Positions 55,801 to 64,000 of a stretch of DNA of 64,000 nt are shown in pieces. A model generated the notes under the pieces. It had not been told where the DNA came from, made no database searches, and worked only from the letters and a program-made list of their open reading frames with translations. Source of the DNA: an uncultured Pseudomonadota bacterium (GTDB taxonomy: Bacteria; Babelota; Babeliae; Babelales; JAUPTZ01); NCBI GenBank assembly GCA_964429275.1, contig CAYSBJ010000001.1:265776-329775 (forward strand), written 5' to 3'. Both the position numbers and the translations under genes were made by a program. Within the stretch, counting starts at the first letter, position 1. Each line of letters opens with the position of its first letter.

Positions 55801-58205
55801 AGTGCAGCGATAGTTGAGGCTAATGTAGCTTGCGTGAGTGGTGTTGGCGTACCGCTGAGAGAGATAGTGCCGCTGGTGATACCGCTTGTTTGAAGAAGAC
55901 TAGTTGCAGTGGTTGCGCCAGTTATAAGTGTTGGAATACTGGAATTTGTTACATTACTTATAGCCATAGTAAGGAGGTTGCTTGTTTGCATACTGCTTGC
56001 AATAAGCGTGTCGGCAGCCTGCAAGTTTTGAAGTAATGTAGAGCCGTTTGCTTGTTTGGTTATACAGAAAGCAGTAAGTAGTTTTTCGGCCATTGTTTGT
56101 GCTGTTTGAGCATTGCTTAGGGATGTATAGGTTGTTGCTGTTGGACGCGTGGTTGGTATGTTGCTTGCTTGGGTAAGAATAAAACTAAGCAGGTTTTGAG
56201 TGCCGGTGTTTGGATCGCTTTGAAGGGTTGTTGTACCAATTTTTTGTGCTTGAAGATCAAGGCACTCTGCCCAAGTTAATGCAGCGTTATATGCGTTTAT
56301 AGCAGCATTTATACTGCACGTTGCTGCGGTTATGTATGAGGTAGAAGTTTGGGGGCTTATTGCTTTTTGCGCATTTGCAAGCGCAATAAGGACATTCGGG
56401 CTATACGAGTTGTTGTTTTGTAAGTCGTTTAGAATTGTACTGAGACTATTTTGTGTTACAGAGGTTTGTGTATTTTGAATTGAAATAGTGCCTTGAGAAA
56501 TAGAGTAGATGGAAAGGTTGTTTACTGCACCCACAGCTCCGTTAATGAGTGCCGCAATGCCTGGAAGAGATACGTCATTTACTGCATTTGTAGTCACCGC
56601 GGTTGCCATGTCTTGTGGTAAGGTGAAAGTCGCGTCTCGCACGATAAATGAGGTTAAATTTGATGTGCGAAAACCAATAGCTGTAAAGCCGGTAAAATCA
56701 GGATTTTTGAGGTAGTTCCAGAGTGCGGTAGCTATGTTGTCAATGGTGCCAGTTCGGGGATTACCATTTGCGCTGTTCTGATCTGATAGCATGACCAAGA
56801 GAGTCGGTATTTTTGTTTTTGGATCGAGATAGGAGAGGCTTATTGATAGGCTAGGATTAGGCGATTGGGAAAGGGTTGCAGTAAGAGTGTAGGTGATGTT
56901 GCTGCCGCGTTTTCCGGGAATACGTAAGGTCGTTGAAGGGCTTGCGGGATTTGTGTTAGTCGTAAAAGGAGTTGCTCCTCGTTGGAATCCGCTCCATCCT
57001 GTGCACCAGCCTTCAGGATGATTGCAGGCCTCGTAACGTATAGCTATTGATTGGTCTCCATTAGTTCCATCAGGAGCTTCTTTAGGCCCTCCGTTTTGGC
57101 CGTCTGCTCCGCCTATAAGGAATTCTATGATAGCGCCTAAACTTGATGACACTCCCCCATTCGTCACTGATGAGCAGTAGAGCCCTGGTTTTCCTTGACC
57201 ACTTGCCATACCTGTATTGTAGTTTGAGCTATAGAGTCCTATGACGAAATCATGTTCTGGGTTTGCGGTAAAGGTGGCACTGAATGATTTTGCAAAAGCA
57301 GGATCAATATCAATTTTGTAGTTGTTGCTCGGCATAAACCCCCATGGGTACACTTTTGCATTAACAACATTTTGCGTTGATATGGCGCTGATATTGCTAA
57401 TGTTGTAGGTAGTGCCATTGATGGTACGAAAACTGACCTTGTCAAAACCGGGGAATGTTCCCGCGGCAAGTTTATTTCGGGTGAAAAAAGCATCTTCGCG
57501 TATATTATCGTTGCTTGCTCGAATCAGAAGCTCACGAAGGCCAGTTGTGGTATTTAGGTATTCTACCGTTATGTGTATTTGCTTTTCTGCTGCATCTAGA
57601 TCAAGAGAGACAAAATAGGTTGTTGTTCCATCATTATTTTGCGGCGTGGGAAGTTTATACAGTGGAGAGGGGGTTGGATTGCCGGATCCGAGACTTGTCA
57701 TTGTGTAGGTAGTGTTGTTTATTGTCATATCGTATGCTATTTGAGCACCATCAGAGCCGACGCTCAGTCCTAAGCGGAGTTCGATTACTGCCCCCAGCGA
57801 GTTGTCTGTTGCACCAAAGGCAGCTTGGTTTGGGTTTAATTGTCCTGCCGGTACGGTATATGTAGAGCAGTAGAATCCTATAACAAGATCGCTTTTTGCA
57901 TTTGAATCGAAGCTAAAGGCAAAGTTTTTTGCTTTATCTGTTGGGATAGTTATCACTGGTAGTTGATTTGGAGTTGTTCCTGCCCAGGAATAAGAAGAAT
58001 CAGAAGGGTTGTTCGGGCTAGTGGCAGTGGCTGTAGAGGTGGCGGTAGAAGCCGTACTAAAACCAGAAGAAGGATTGTTATTATTAAGGAAAGCGCCATA
58101 TGAGTACGGCACGCCATAGGAGTACGCGGAGCTGGTTGAGGCAATAATAGATAAGACAAGCGATAAGACGATGATTGGTTTTTTGGAGTGTAATAGTGTA
58201 TCCAT
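52818..58205 (-). CDS. Giant exported Ala/Thr-rich repeat protein (1795 aa)
   Basis: Signal peptide, two beta-rich N-terminal domains, ~199-aa helical repeats (AY.AAL.WA.C.DL.AQK), and a C-terminal domain shared with the neighbouring gene. Confidence 0.85.
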   Translation of the reverse strand: MDTLLHSKKPIIVLSLVLSIIASTSSAYSYGVPYSYGAFLNNNNPSSGFSTASTATSTATATSPNNPSDSSYSWAGTTPNQLPVITIPTDKAKNFAFSFDSNAKSDLVIGFYCSTYTVPAGQLNPNQAAFGATDNSLGAVIELRLGLSVGSDGAQIAYDMTINNTTYTMTSLGSGNPTPSPLYKLPTPQNNDGTTTYFVSLDLDAAEKQIHITVEYLNTTTGLRELLIRASNDNIREDAFFTRNKLAAGTFPGFDKVSFRTINGTTYNISNISAISTQNVVNAKVYPWGFMPSNNYKIDIDPAFAKSFSATFTANPEHDFVIGLYSSNYNTGMASGQGKPGLYCSSVTNGGVSSSLGAIIEFLIGGADGQNGGPKEAPDGTNGDQSIAIRYEACNHPEGWCTGWSGFQRGATPFTTNTNPASPSTTLRIPGKRGSNITYTLTATLSQSPNPSLSISLSYLDPKTKIPTLLVMLSDQNSANGNPRTGTIDNIATALWNYLKNPDFTGFTAIGFRTSNLTSFIVRDATFTLPQDMATAVTTNAVNDVSLPGIAALINGAVGAVNNLSIYSISQGTISIQNTQTSVTQNSLSTILNDLQNNNSYSPNVLIALANAQKAISPQTSTSYITAATCSINAAINAYNAALTWAECLDLQAQKIGTTTLQSDPNTGTQNLLSFILTQASNIPTTRPTATTYTSLSNAQTAQTMAEKLLTAFCITKQANGSTLLQNLQAADTLIASSMQTSNLLTMAISNVTNSSIPTLITGATTATSLLQTSGITSGTISLSGTPTPLTQATLASTIAALQNDSTIGIAALTTAVKAATTVAAAASYSVNAAISAYTAALAWAECLDLQAQKIGAKTLQNNPDTGTQVLLDRIFEQRTALPTTRPTPTTYTTVADARAAQTKAEAFLSFLLTTKQPNGSTSLQNLQAADTAVSNAIQASSFLSAAVANTTNTNIPTLIAGAKAATDSLQTNNITGGSVTLNGTATPLTQASLASVAATLQNDSTIGIAALTTAVKAATTVAAAASYSVNAAISAYTAALTWAECLDLQAQKIGAKTLQNNPDTGTQVLLDRIFEQRTALPTTRPTPTTYTTVADARAAQTKAEAFLSFLLTTKQPNGSTSLQNLQAADTAVSNAIQASSFLSAAVANTTNTNIPTLIAGAKAATDSLQTNNITGGSVTLNGTATPLTQASLASVAATLQNDSTIGIAALTTAVKAATTVAAAASYSVNAAISAYTAALTWAECLDLQAQKIGTTTLQSDPNTGTQTLLGLILAQMKTLPSTRPTPTTYTATSDAQAAQTKAESVLTALFTTKQSNNATILQNLQTANENILTSIQGSTASSGVASDLTAADVCISNALAAVGALATAGITTATSTINGTAILLTPAAVSDLQTNALYGTTKLKNLAQQLSITGGISTVTNAALCTVNAAMNAYTALLTWAACTDLIAQKVIGDASDKSLQTDSKTGTQSIINAITALAPTIPATRPTTYATTSDAQTAQTAAHTLLDTLSGRITTNLMAAINAIANQAIKNATTTLNKTLPDATTADTNAQAAITAANNLPSTVGNKADLIKQANALQNSPGTNGATAPGTGPNLTYINTALKALPTSTQTYTTVKDAFTMCANAIVAISTSNNIASTNTATINAIAALQSAINTATQSKSAQAPTTSVAQKSPLDSLNEKLTTEKTAVVNFLTSAQTQATAAIETLKTIAGKATGSSRTSASSLLSSIGDLLNKINNTLSAVSKENPPFKDQKSALKAKATIESAAAYAKQAIATLTARNSTITNLKATVSA
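54445..56282. repeat. 597-bp coding tandem repeat array
   Basis: ccaattttttgtgcttgaagatcaaggca recurs at 54445, 55042, 55639 and 56236 (exact 597 spacing). The first two units appear identical. Confidence 0.92.
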
Positions 58206-58310
58206 GGCTACTCCGGTTACATTTTAATGATAATGATATAGCTCGAAGCATATGAAGAATCTTTTTGTTATTGCAACAAATTCTTTGCTTTGGCTGGGTG
58301 AGTGGAGTGC

Positions 58311-61300
58311 TTATGTATTTGTTGTTATGTGTACAATTTTGCTTTGAAGAGAATTAATGCTCTGCATGCGCGCATCAATCATGTTGAGTGCCGTCTTTGC
58401 ATAATTTGCACTACTTTCTACAATCGCTCTCGCTTTTAATGCAAGGGCTTGGTTGGCAAATGGTGGTGATTGTTTGGCAAGTGAAGTTTGCGTTGCTGTT
58501 ATTTTATTTAATATTGTTGTGATTGTACTTTTAAGTGATGTGGCTGCGGGCAGTAGATTTGCGTTTACTGTGTTTGTTGGAGCAGTGGCGATGTCGGTTA
58601 TTATTTGAGTTATGAGCGCATATGCTTGAGCAGCGCTATTTTGCGCCTCTATAAGTGCTCGTTGTGCTGCTGTAAGTTCGAGCGCTATTGTTATATTGAG
58701 CCGTTCTAGTGGTGTAAGATCAGAGGGCGGTAGGGTTGGACTTGGAGATGGATCTGGTGTAGAAGTGGTTGGTTTCTGGGCAGCGAGGATGAGGTCTTGA
58801 ACGCCGGCAATCGTATTTAAAATTGATGGAGCCCCGGCGATAATTTGCTGTGCCGTTGCACAGAAAGCATCAGCCTTATTTTGTGTATTGGAAGCATCTA
58901 TGAGTGTGGCAAACGTTATAGGAAATGCTTGTAAGGTGTTCATTGCATTTTGTATGAGGGCTAGGAGTGTTTGTGTTCCAGTGGTTGCGTGAGTGCGTAG
59001 TTGGTAGGCTTGCGTTAAAAGTGCTTGATTATTTATCAGCGCTTGCGCCGATGAGACAGCGTCTTGTGCTAGCTCATCTGCTGTGCGCATCAGAGCTTTT
59101 GCATTTTCAAGTGCTGTCATTGCTAGCATGATATGGTTAGTAGTATTGGTAGTGGCGGCTGCAAGCGCTGCGGTGTTAATTGAATTTTGCAAGGTCAAAA
59201 GAGAGTTTAGGCTATTGTTAAGGTTTGTTGTGATTGCTTGTGCGGCTGCGTTTATTCCATCAGCATTGAGTTGAGCATTCTGCGCATCGTTGAGCGTTGT
59301 GAAAGTAACTTTGGAATCTTTAAGTCTAGTAACTGTGGCATTTAAATAATCGACGGTTACTGGATCAACGACTAAATTATTCACTAGAATAAGGAAATTT
59401 TGTTTTACACTTACGGAGTCAGAAAGTGCTTGAGCGCTGGCCCTGACAGTCTCAGATTGCATGCGTACTTTTTCGGCGAGAGAGAGAGCTTCCTGTAAAG
59501 TTTGTATGGTTCTTTCTGTGTGAGCAACGGCAATTGCATTTGCGACTGCCAGTGCTGCAACGGTTGCATCAATGTGAGCTTGGGTTATTGCTTGCTGAGC
59601 GTTCGTCAGGGCTGTGAGTGTGTTTGTGTTTTGTTTAATGATATCGTCTGACTGAGACTTAATTGAATCGGCAGTTGATTGAGTTGCGAGTGCATCTGAA
59701 ACTGAAGTAAAAATAGTTGGTGCTTGTTGAAGTATGTCTAAGGAAGATGAAAGATAGGATAGTGTTGCAGGGAGGGGGAGAAGTTCAGTTGCCATTGCCA
59801 GTAGGTCTTTTTTGTTGTCTACCACATCAGGTAAGGCTTGAGCAGCTGCGATTACCTGTTGTGCCTCTATATTCGCATTTTCTGTAATGAGTTGTGCGTT
59901 CTGGACTGATGTTATTGCTGCTGCGACGTGAGTGTTGGTTTTTGCTGTAGCAGATGCAAGAGCGTTTATATTGTTGGTAACGTCGATCTGTGTGTTTTTT
60001 ACAATATTTTGGAGTTCCTGGAGTGTCGTGATGATTGTTTGATTTTGCTGTGAGACAGAAAGAGCCGCGCTGCTTGCGTCGTCTGCTATTTTTTTTGCCG
60101 TTTGCGCTGCCAAGACGCTCTCATAGGATCCTGAAAATGCCTTTAAAATGGCAAGGGTTGAAGAGAGAGATGCTGTTGTTTCGGAATTGGTTAGTAAGGC
60201 TATAGCTTGCTTCAGCAGGTCCTCTTTGATGAGTATAGAGTCTGGTAGCGCATCAATATCAGCAATAGTTGCGTTAATTTGTTGATCGCTTGTTTGGGTG
60301 AGCAGTTGTGCATTTTCCACTGCAGCAACTGCTGTTATTATGTGGGCATTTGCTAGCAGTGTAGCATCGTTCAAAAGTGTTGCTGCTATAATTTTTTCAA
60401 CATCGCTAATCATAGATTTAACGTTATTTACTGCGACCAAAAGAGCAGGGTTCTGCATGGTTATAGTTTGTGCGGAGTTGCTTGCTGCATCAGCAATCTG
60501 TTGTGCTTCTTCTGCATCAGGTATGTTTGTGAAATTTGCGGGATAGTTTTCAAGTGTTTGTAAGAGGTTTGCGAGTGTGGTGAGGATGGTTATCGTGCCC
60601 GTGGTTGAATCGTTGTGAAGTGACTCGGCGGTGGCAATGAGTGAAGATGTGTCAATTGCAGGAATGCTTGGTAAATTTTGTGCTGCCGTTATCGCAAGCA
60701 TTGCTTGATTATTAGTTTCTTGGATGAGGCTTTGGGCGGTCTTAATTGATAAGACTGCTGCTTGTATGCTTCGTTGCGCGGAACTATTGGCGGCGGCAAT
60801 TGCGTTCATTTGAGCAATAAGGTCGGCAGCTTCTTGAGCCGAATTTATTAGAGCTTGAAGGCTGTTTATTGAAGATACTAAGCTTACGTTTTGTTCGACT
60901 ATTGCCTCTGCAGCAGCCGCTAAAGCATCTGCATCCAATTTCATCGTCCGTGCGTCTGCAATACTTTTGTATGTGGTTGGCGCATTATTGATTTTGTTTA
61001 GGGCAGTAGCCAGGTAATTGAGGTAATAAATTGTTCCACTCGTTGGATCAGTTCGTATTTTTTCTGCTGCTTCGATAAGTTTTTGCCGATTATCTGCTGT
61101 AGAGGGGAGTGCTGATGCGCTGGCGACTGTTACTTGAGCAAGATTGTCAGTTGGCTGTAATAATAATTGTGCTTTTGATAGGGATGAAAGTGCTTTCGCA
61201 ATGCTTGCTCGCGCTTCTTCGCTAGCGGCTCGGATTGATGCGTTAATTGAGACGTCGAGTATCGCATTGATTTGTGTATTAATGTCTGTGAGTGTGGCAG

Positions 61301-62315
61301 CATTGATAGTATAGCTACGGTCAATATCAGTGAGTTGTGTAATGAGGTTGTCAATTGCTCTATGCGCTGCAAGGACGCTTGCGGGTGTAGTGAATCTTGG
61401 TGGTGGTTGCTGGAGTGTCATAATTGCATTCTGAATAAAAGCAAGATTCGCGACAGACTGTCTTTGTATACCTGTGGCAGTGCTTAATAGTGTCGCTTTC
61501 ACGGTGGCAGTGTCAGGAAGATTCTTGGCATTAGCGATTGTGGCAGATGCTTGAGTATATATATTTTGTGCATTTTGCTGCATTGAGACAGTTATAAGGG
61601 TCTGTGCAGTGGCGATCCTCTTTGTTATTGCATCGATGAGTCGTTGGGGAACAGATATGCTTGCGTTTTGTACGCTGTAGGCTGTGTCGTAGGTGTGGAA
61701 GCCAAGCTTTGTAAAGCCAGGGAAACTGGGACTTTGAATTGTTGCCAAAATATCCGGGGCAAAATCTCGTTGGGTAATGTTGATGAGTGTTTTATTAGAG
61801 GCTGTTGTTGGATCGAGATATTCCAGTGTGATGGTGCATTCAGTCGCAGAAGCGACAAGAGTGTAGATGTATTCAATATAACTACCCCGGCTGCCTGGTA
61901 TGATGTATTCTTGACGGGGCGTTTTCGGGTCGGTAAAAAGAATTTTTTTTCGGTAATATCCAGTTTCGGTATAAATACCGAAATAAACCGCACTTTGTTG
62001 GGTGCTGTTAGCCCCGGCGTCCCAACCACCGATATGAAGTTCTACCACGGCATCTGGGTTATACGGCCCTAATGCGTAGCTGGCGACGAAGTTTGGACTG
62101 TAGAGGCCAATATGGAAATCATGCGCTGGATTAGCACTGAAGCGGGCGCTAAACGACATAGAAAAGTCTGTTGGAATAGCAATACTAAAATTAGCGTTGC
62201 TATTCTTGCTCCACGGGTAATAGTTACTTGTTACATTGGCCGTGATGGGCGATTGACTGAAAGATTTTCCTGTCACGCAAAGTGCAAGCACGGCGATACG
62301 CAAGTATTTATTCAT
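58311..62315 (-). CDS. Giant exported Ala-rich repeat protein (1334 aa), paralog of 52818-58205
   Basis: Signal peptide, one FSA.F.ANP.HDF.IGLYS domain, degenerate helical repeats, C-terminal PPF..Q..ALKA.A..ES.A.YAK.A. Confidence 0.85.
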   Translation of the reverse strand: MNKYLRIAVLALCVTGKSFSQSPITANVTSNYYPWSKNSNANFSIAIPTDFSMSFSARFSANPAHDFHIGLYSPNFVASYALGPYNPDAVVELHIGGWDAGANSTQQSAVYFGIYTETGYYRKKILFTDPKTPRQEYIIPGSRGSYIEYIYTLVASATECTITLEYLDPTTASNKTLINITQRDFAPDILATIQSPSFPGFTKLGFHTYDTAYSVQNASISVPQRLIDAITKRIATAQTLITVSMQQNAQNIYTQASATIANAKNLPDTATVKATLLSTATGIQRQSVANLAFIQNAIMTLQQPPPRFTTPASVLAAHRAIDNLITQLTDIDRSYTINAATLTDINTQINAILDVSINASIRAASEEARASIAKALSSLSKAQLLLQPTDNLAQVTVASASALPSTADNRQKLIEAAEKIRTDPTSGTIYYLNYLATALNKINNAPTTYKSIADARTMKLDADALAAAAEAIVEQNVSLVSSINSLQALINSAQEAADLIAQMNAIAAANSSAQRSIQAAVLSIKTAQSLIQETNNQAMLAITAAQNLPSIPAIDTSSLIATAESLHNDSTTGTITILTTLANLLQTLENYPANFTNIPDAEEAQQIADAASNSAQTITMQNPALLVAVNNVKSMISDVEKIIAATLLNDATLLANAHIITAVAAVENAQLLTQTSDQQINATIADIDALPDSILIKEDLLKQAIALLTNSETTASLSSTLAILKAFSGSYESVLAAQTAKKIADDASSAALSVSQQNQTIITTLQELQNIVKNTQIDVTNNINALASATAKTNTHVAAAITSVQNAQLITENANIEAQQVIAAAQALPDVVDNKKDLLAMATELLPLPATLSYLSSSLDILQQAPTIFTSVSDALATQSTADSIKSQSDDIIKQNTNTLTALTNAQQAITQAHIDATVAALAVANAIAVAHTERTIQTLQEALSLAEKVRMQSETVRASAQALSDSVSVKQNFLILVNNLVVDPVTVDYLNATVTRLKDSKVTFTTLNDAQNAQLNADGINAAAQAITTNLNNSLNSLLTLQNSINTAALAAATTNTTNHIMLAMTALENAKALMRTADELAQDAVSSAQALINNQALLTQAYQLRTHATTGTQTLLALIQNAMNTLQAFPITFATLIDASNTQNKADAFCATAQQIIAGAPSILNTIAGVQDLILAAQKPTTSTPDPSPSPTLPPSDLTPLERLNITIALELTAAQRALIEAQNSAAQAYALITQIITDIATAPTNTVNANLLPAATSLKSTITTILNKITATQTSLAKQSPPFANQALALKARAIVESSANYAKTALNMIDARMQSINSLQSKIVHITTNT

Positions 62316-62328
62316 TGGTGTGGTGCTT

Positions 62329-63228
62329 CTATACTAATAGTTGTTCAATTTGCTCGCTTAATGAGCTATTAGCGCGCTGAAAATAAATATCGGTAGCAAT
62401 CAGACAGCTGGTGATGAAAAGAAGAATTCCGAGAAGCATGAATGGTATTTTGAATGAGCTGCTTTTTTTGCTGCGAATTATATAGTACATAGTAGCAGAT
62501 AGGCAGAGAAGGAGGTAAAGAGTATTGATAATGAGCCCCTCACTTACCGGTTGTAGAAAGTATATTGATACTCCCAGAAGTAAGAAACCAAATATTTTTT
62601 TAACCTCATCCATCCAAGATCCTGCACGCGGGAGGAGTGAGATAGCGCTTGAAAAAGTTCCTAATACAATTAGGAGCATGCTTAAGCCCATGGCGAATGA
62701 GAATAGTACGCCAAAGCCGATGAGTGGGTTATTTTGCTTTGCGGCAAAGCCCAAAAGCAGTGCAAGCGCGGGTGTTAGGCATGGTGAAGCAGCTGCGCCG
62801 GTGATTATGCCGAACATGAAGCTATATGTAAATGAACCGCCTTTATAGCTCGTACTGCTCTGCGCGCGTAAGAACCGAGGCGTATACATTTCGTAAAAGC
62901 CGAACATAGAGAAGGCAAGGTATATAAAGAGGAGGATGATACTACTGATGAAGTATGGATTGCCAAGCCATTGGCCAAACATTAAGTTTGTTTTTACACT
63001 CAAATAACCGAGTGACGCATAGACGGTTGCTATGCCAAGACCATAAGAGAGGGATAGAAAAAAGTTAACGAACATCGATTGAGCGCCCTGTGCTGTTATG
63101 ATGCCCATAGTGATCGGCAGCATTGGATAAATGCAGGGTGTGAAGCTTGCAAGAACGCCAGCGGCAAAAGAAGCAAAAAGCACCAGAGGAAGAGAATGAG
63201 TTTCATTAAGCAACGATTCTAGGATCAT
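62329..63228 (-). CDS. DsbD beta-domain / CcdA-type transmembrane electron transporter
   Basis: SFTPCIYPMLPIT, ASPC..P.L, LPRAG.WM..VK..FG; no periplasmic thioredoxin domain. Confidence 0.88.
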   Translation of the reverse strand: MILESLLNETHSLPLVLFASFAAGVLASFTPCIYPMLPITMGIITAQGAQSMFVNFFLSLSYGLGIATVYASLGYLSVKTNLMFGQWLGNPYFISSIILLFIYLAFSMFGFYEMYTPRFLRAQSSTSYKGGSFTYSFMFGIITGAAASPCLTPALALLLGFAAKQNNPLIGFGVLFSFAMGLSMLLIVLGTFSSAISLLPRAGSWMDEVKKIFGFLLLGVSIYFLQPVSEGLIINTLYLLLCLSATMYYIIRSKKSSSFKIPFMLLGILLFITSCLIATDIYFQRANSSLSEQIEQLLV

Positions 63229-63357
63229 AATACTTCCTTGTGTTTGATGACGAATAAGAGTTTGTGATCGATGAAGGCGAATCGTAGCAAATTGCACAAA
63301 ACTACGCTACGCTTCAGCACTCTTTCTTTAGAAAACTTTTTATAAAGGATTGTTATC

Positions 63358-64000
63358 GTGAATCTCCATAAGACATTGCGCACGCTTACGCTCACATCAG
63401 TTGCGTTATTGAGCATTACCGGTTGTTCGGAAATTTTTGTAAATAAAGTTAATTCACAGCCAGCCTTTGATGTTACTAAAGTCACTTTTGATAAAGATAC
63501 GTATCCAGCGGTTGTTCTTGGTGGTGGTGTCGGAGGCATGACTGCGAGTGTGTATTTGGCTATGGCAAACGTAAAAACGCTTTTGGTTCAGGGAGCGATG
63601 CCTGGTGGTTTGCTGACACAATCGTTATCGGTTCGTAACTGGCCAAGTGAGCTTGAATCTACTGGTCTTGCTATTACTGATAAATTACTGGCTCAAGTTC
63701 GTAAGCAAGGAGTTGATATAAAAGCAGAACAAGCCATTGGCATTGATGTTTCTTCTTGGCCGTATAAAGTAACATTGGCTGATGTTTCTGAGCCGGCACG
63801 AAAGCGTACGGTAAAAGCATTGTCTGTGATTGTAGCAATGGGTGCAGCCTCAAACTATCTTGGGATTCCTGGTGAAAAAGAGTATTGGAGCAAAGGGGTT
63901 ACGAACTGTGCTGTCTGTGAGGGGGCGCTTTATAAAGATAAAATAGTTTGTGTTGTTGGGGGTGGCAACAGTGCTATTGAAGAGGCTCATTATTTGGCCG
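63358..64000 (+). CDS. Thioredoxin reductase with lipoprotein signal peptide (runs off window)
   Basis: Not in the ORF track. GTG start with SD aagga gives MNLHKTLRTLTLTSVALLSITGC...VLGGGVGGMTA.VY...GGLL...NWP...KGVTNCAVCEG...VGGGNSAIEEA. Confidence 0.85.
   Translation, partial: MNLHKTLRTLTLTSVALLSITGCSEIFVNKVNSQPAFDVTKVTFDKDTYPAVVLGGGVGGMTASVYLAMANVKTLLVQGAMPGGLLTQSLSVRNWPSELESTGLAITDKLLAQVRKQGVDIKAEQAIGIDVSSWPYKVTLADVSEPARKRTVKALSVIVAMGAASNYLGIPGEKEYWSKGVTNCAVCEGALYKDKIVCVVGGGNSAIEEAHYLA

Overview
A gene-dense 64-kb bacterial chromosome segment with no CRISPR array, prophage or transposase. Housekeeping genes (nrdAB, rluD-like, mgtE, bamD-like, yraN, sbcD, cysS, trxA, mnmG, jag, mnmE, clpB, alaS, rsmA, ahpC, dsbD/ccdA-like) are interleaved with many orphan signal-peptide proteins, four tRNAs (Glu, Lys, Ser, Gly) and a tmRNA. 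The gene mix (Chlamydia-type class Ic RNR, deoxynucleoside kinase, scattered GspE and pseudopilin, Legionella-like APH(9)) suggests a host-associated bacterium, possibly Dependentiae/TM6-like; this is an inference only. Most notable observations: (1) a ~175-nt multi-stem element with covarying helices starts directly at the CCA of both tRNA-Ser(CGA) and the tmRNA, and its outer helix pairs into the CCA; (2) the tmRNA encodes a 40-residue tag; (3) an unusual thiol-redox set includes a CxxC-less TrxB paralog facing ahpC and a lipoprotein-type TrxB facing dsbD/ccdA; (4) two giant paralogous secreted proteins, one with a 597-bp tandem repeat array; (5) a RelE toxin pseudogene missed by the ORF track; (6) ClpB lacks its N-terminal domain; (7) several candidate sRNAs and REP-like palindrome families. 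All family assignments come from motif recognition by eye, not from database searches.
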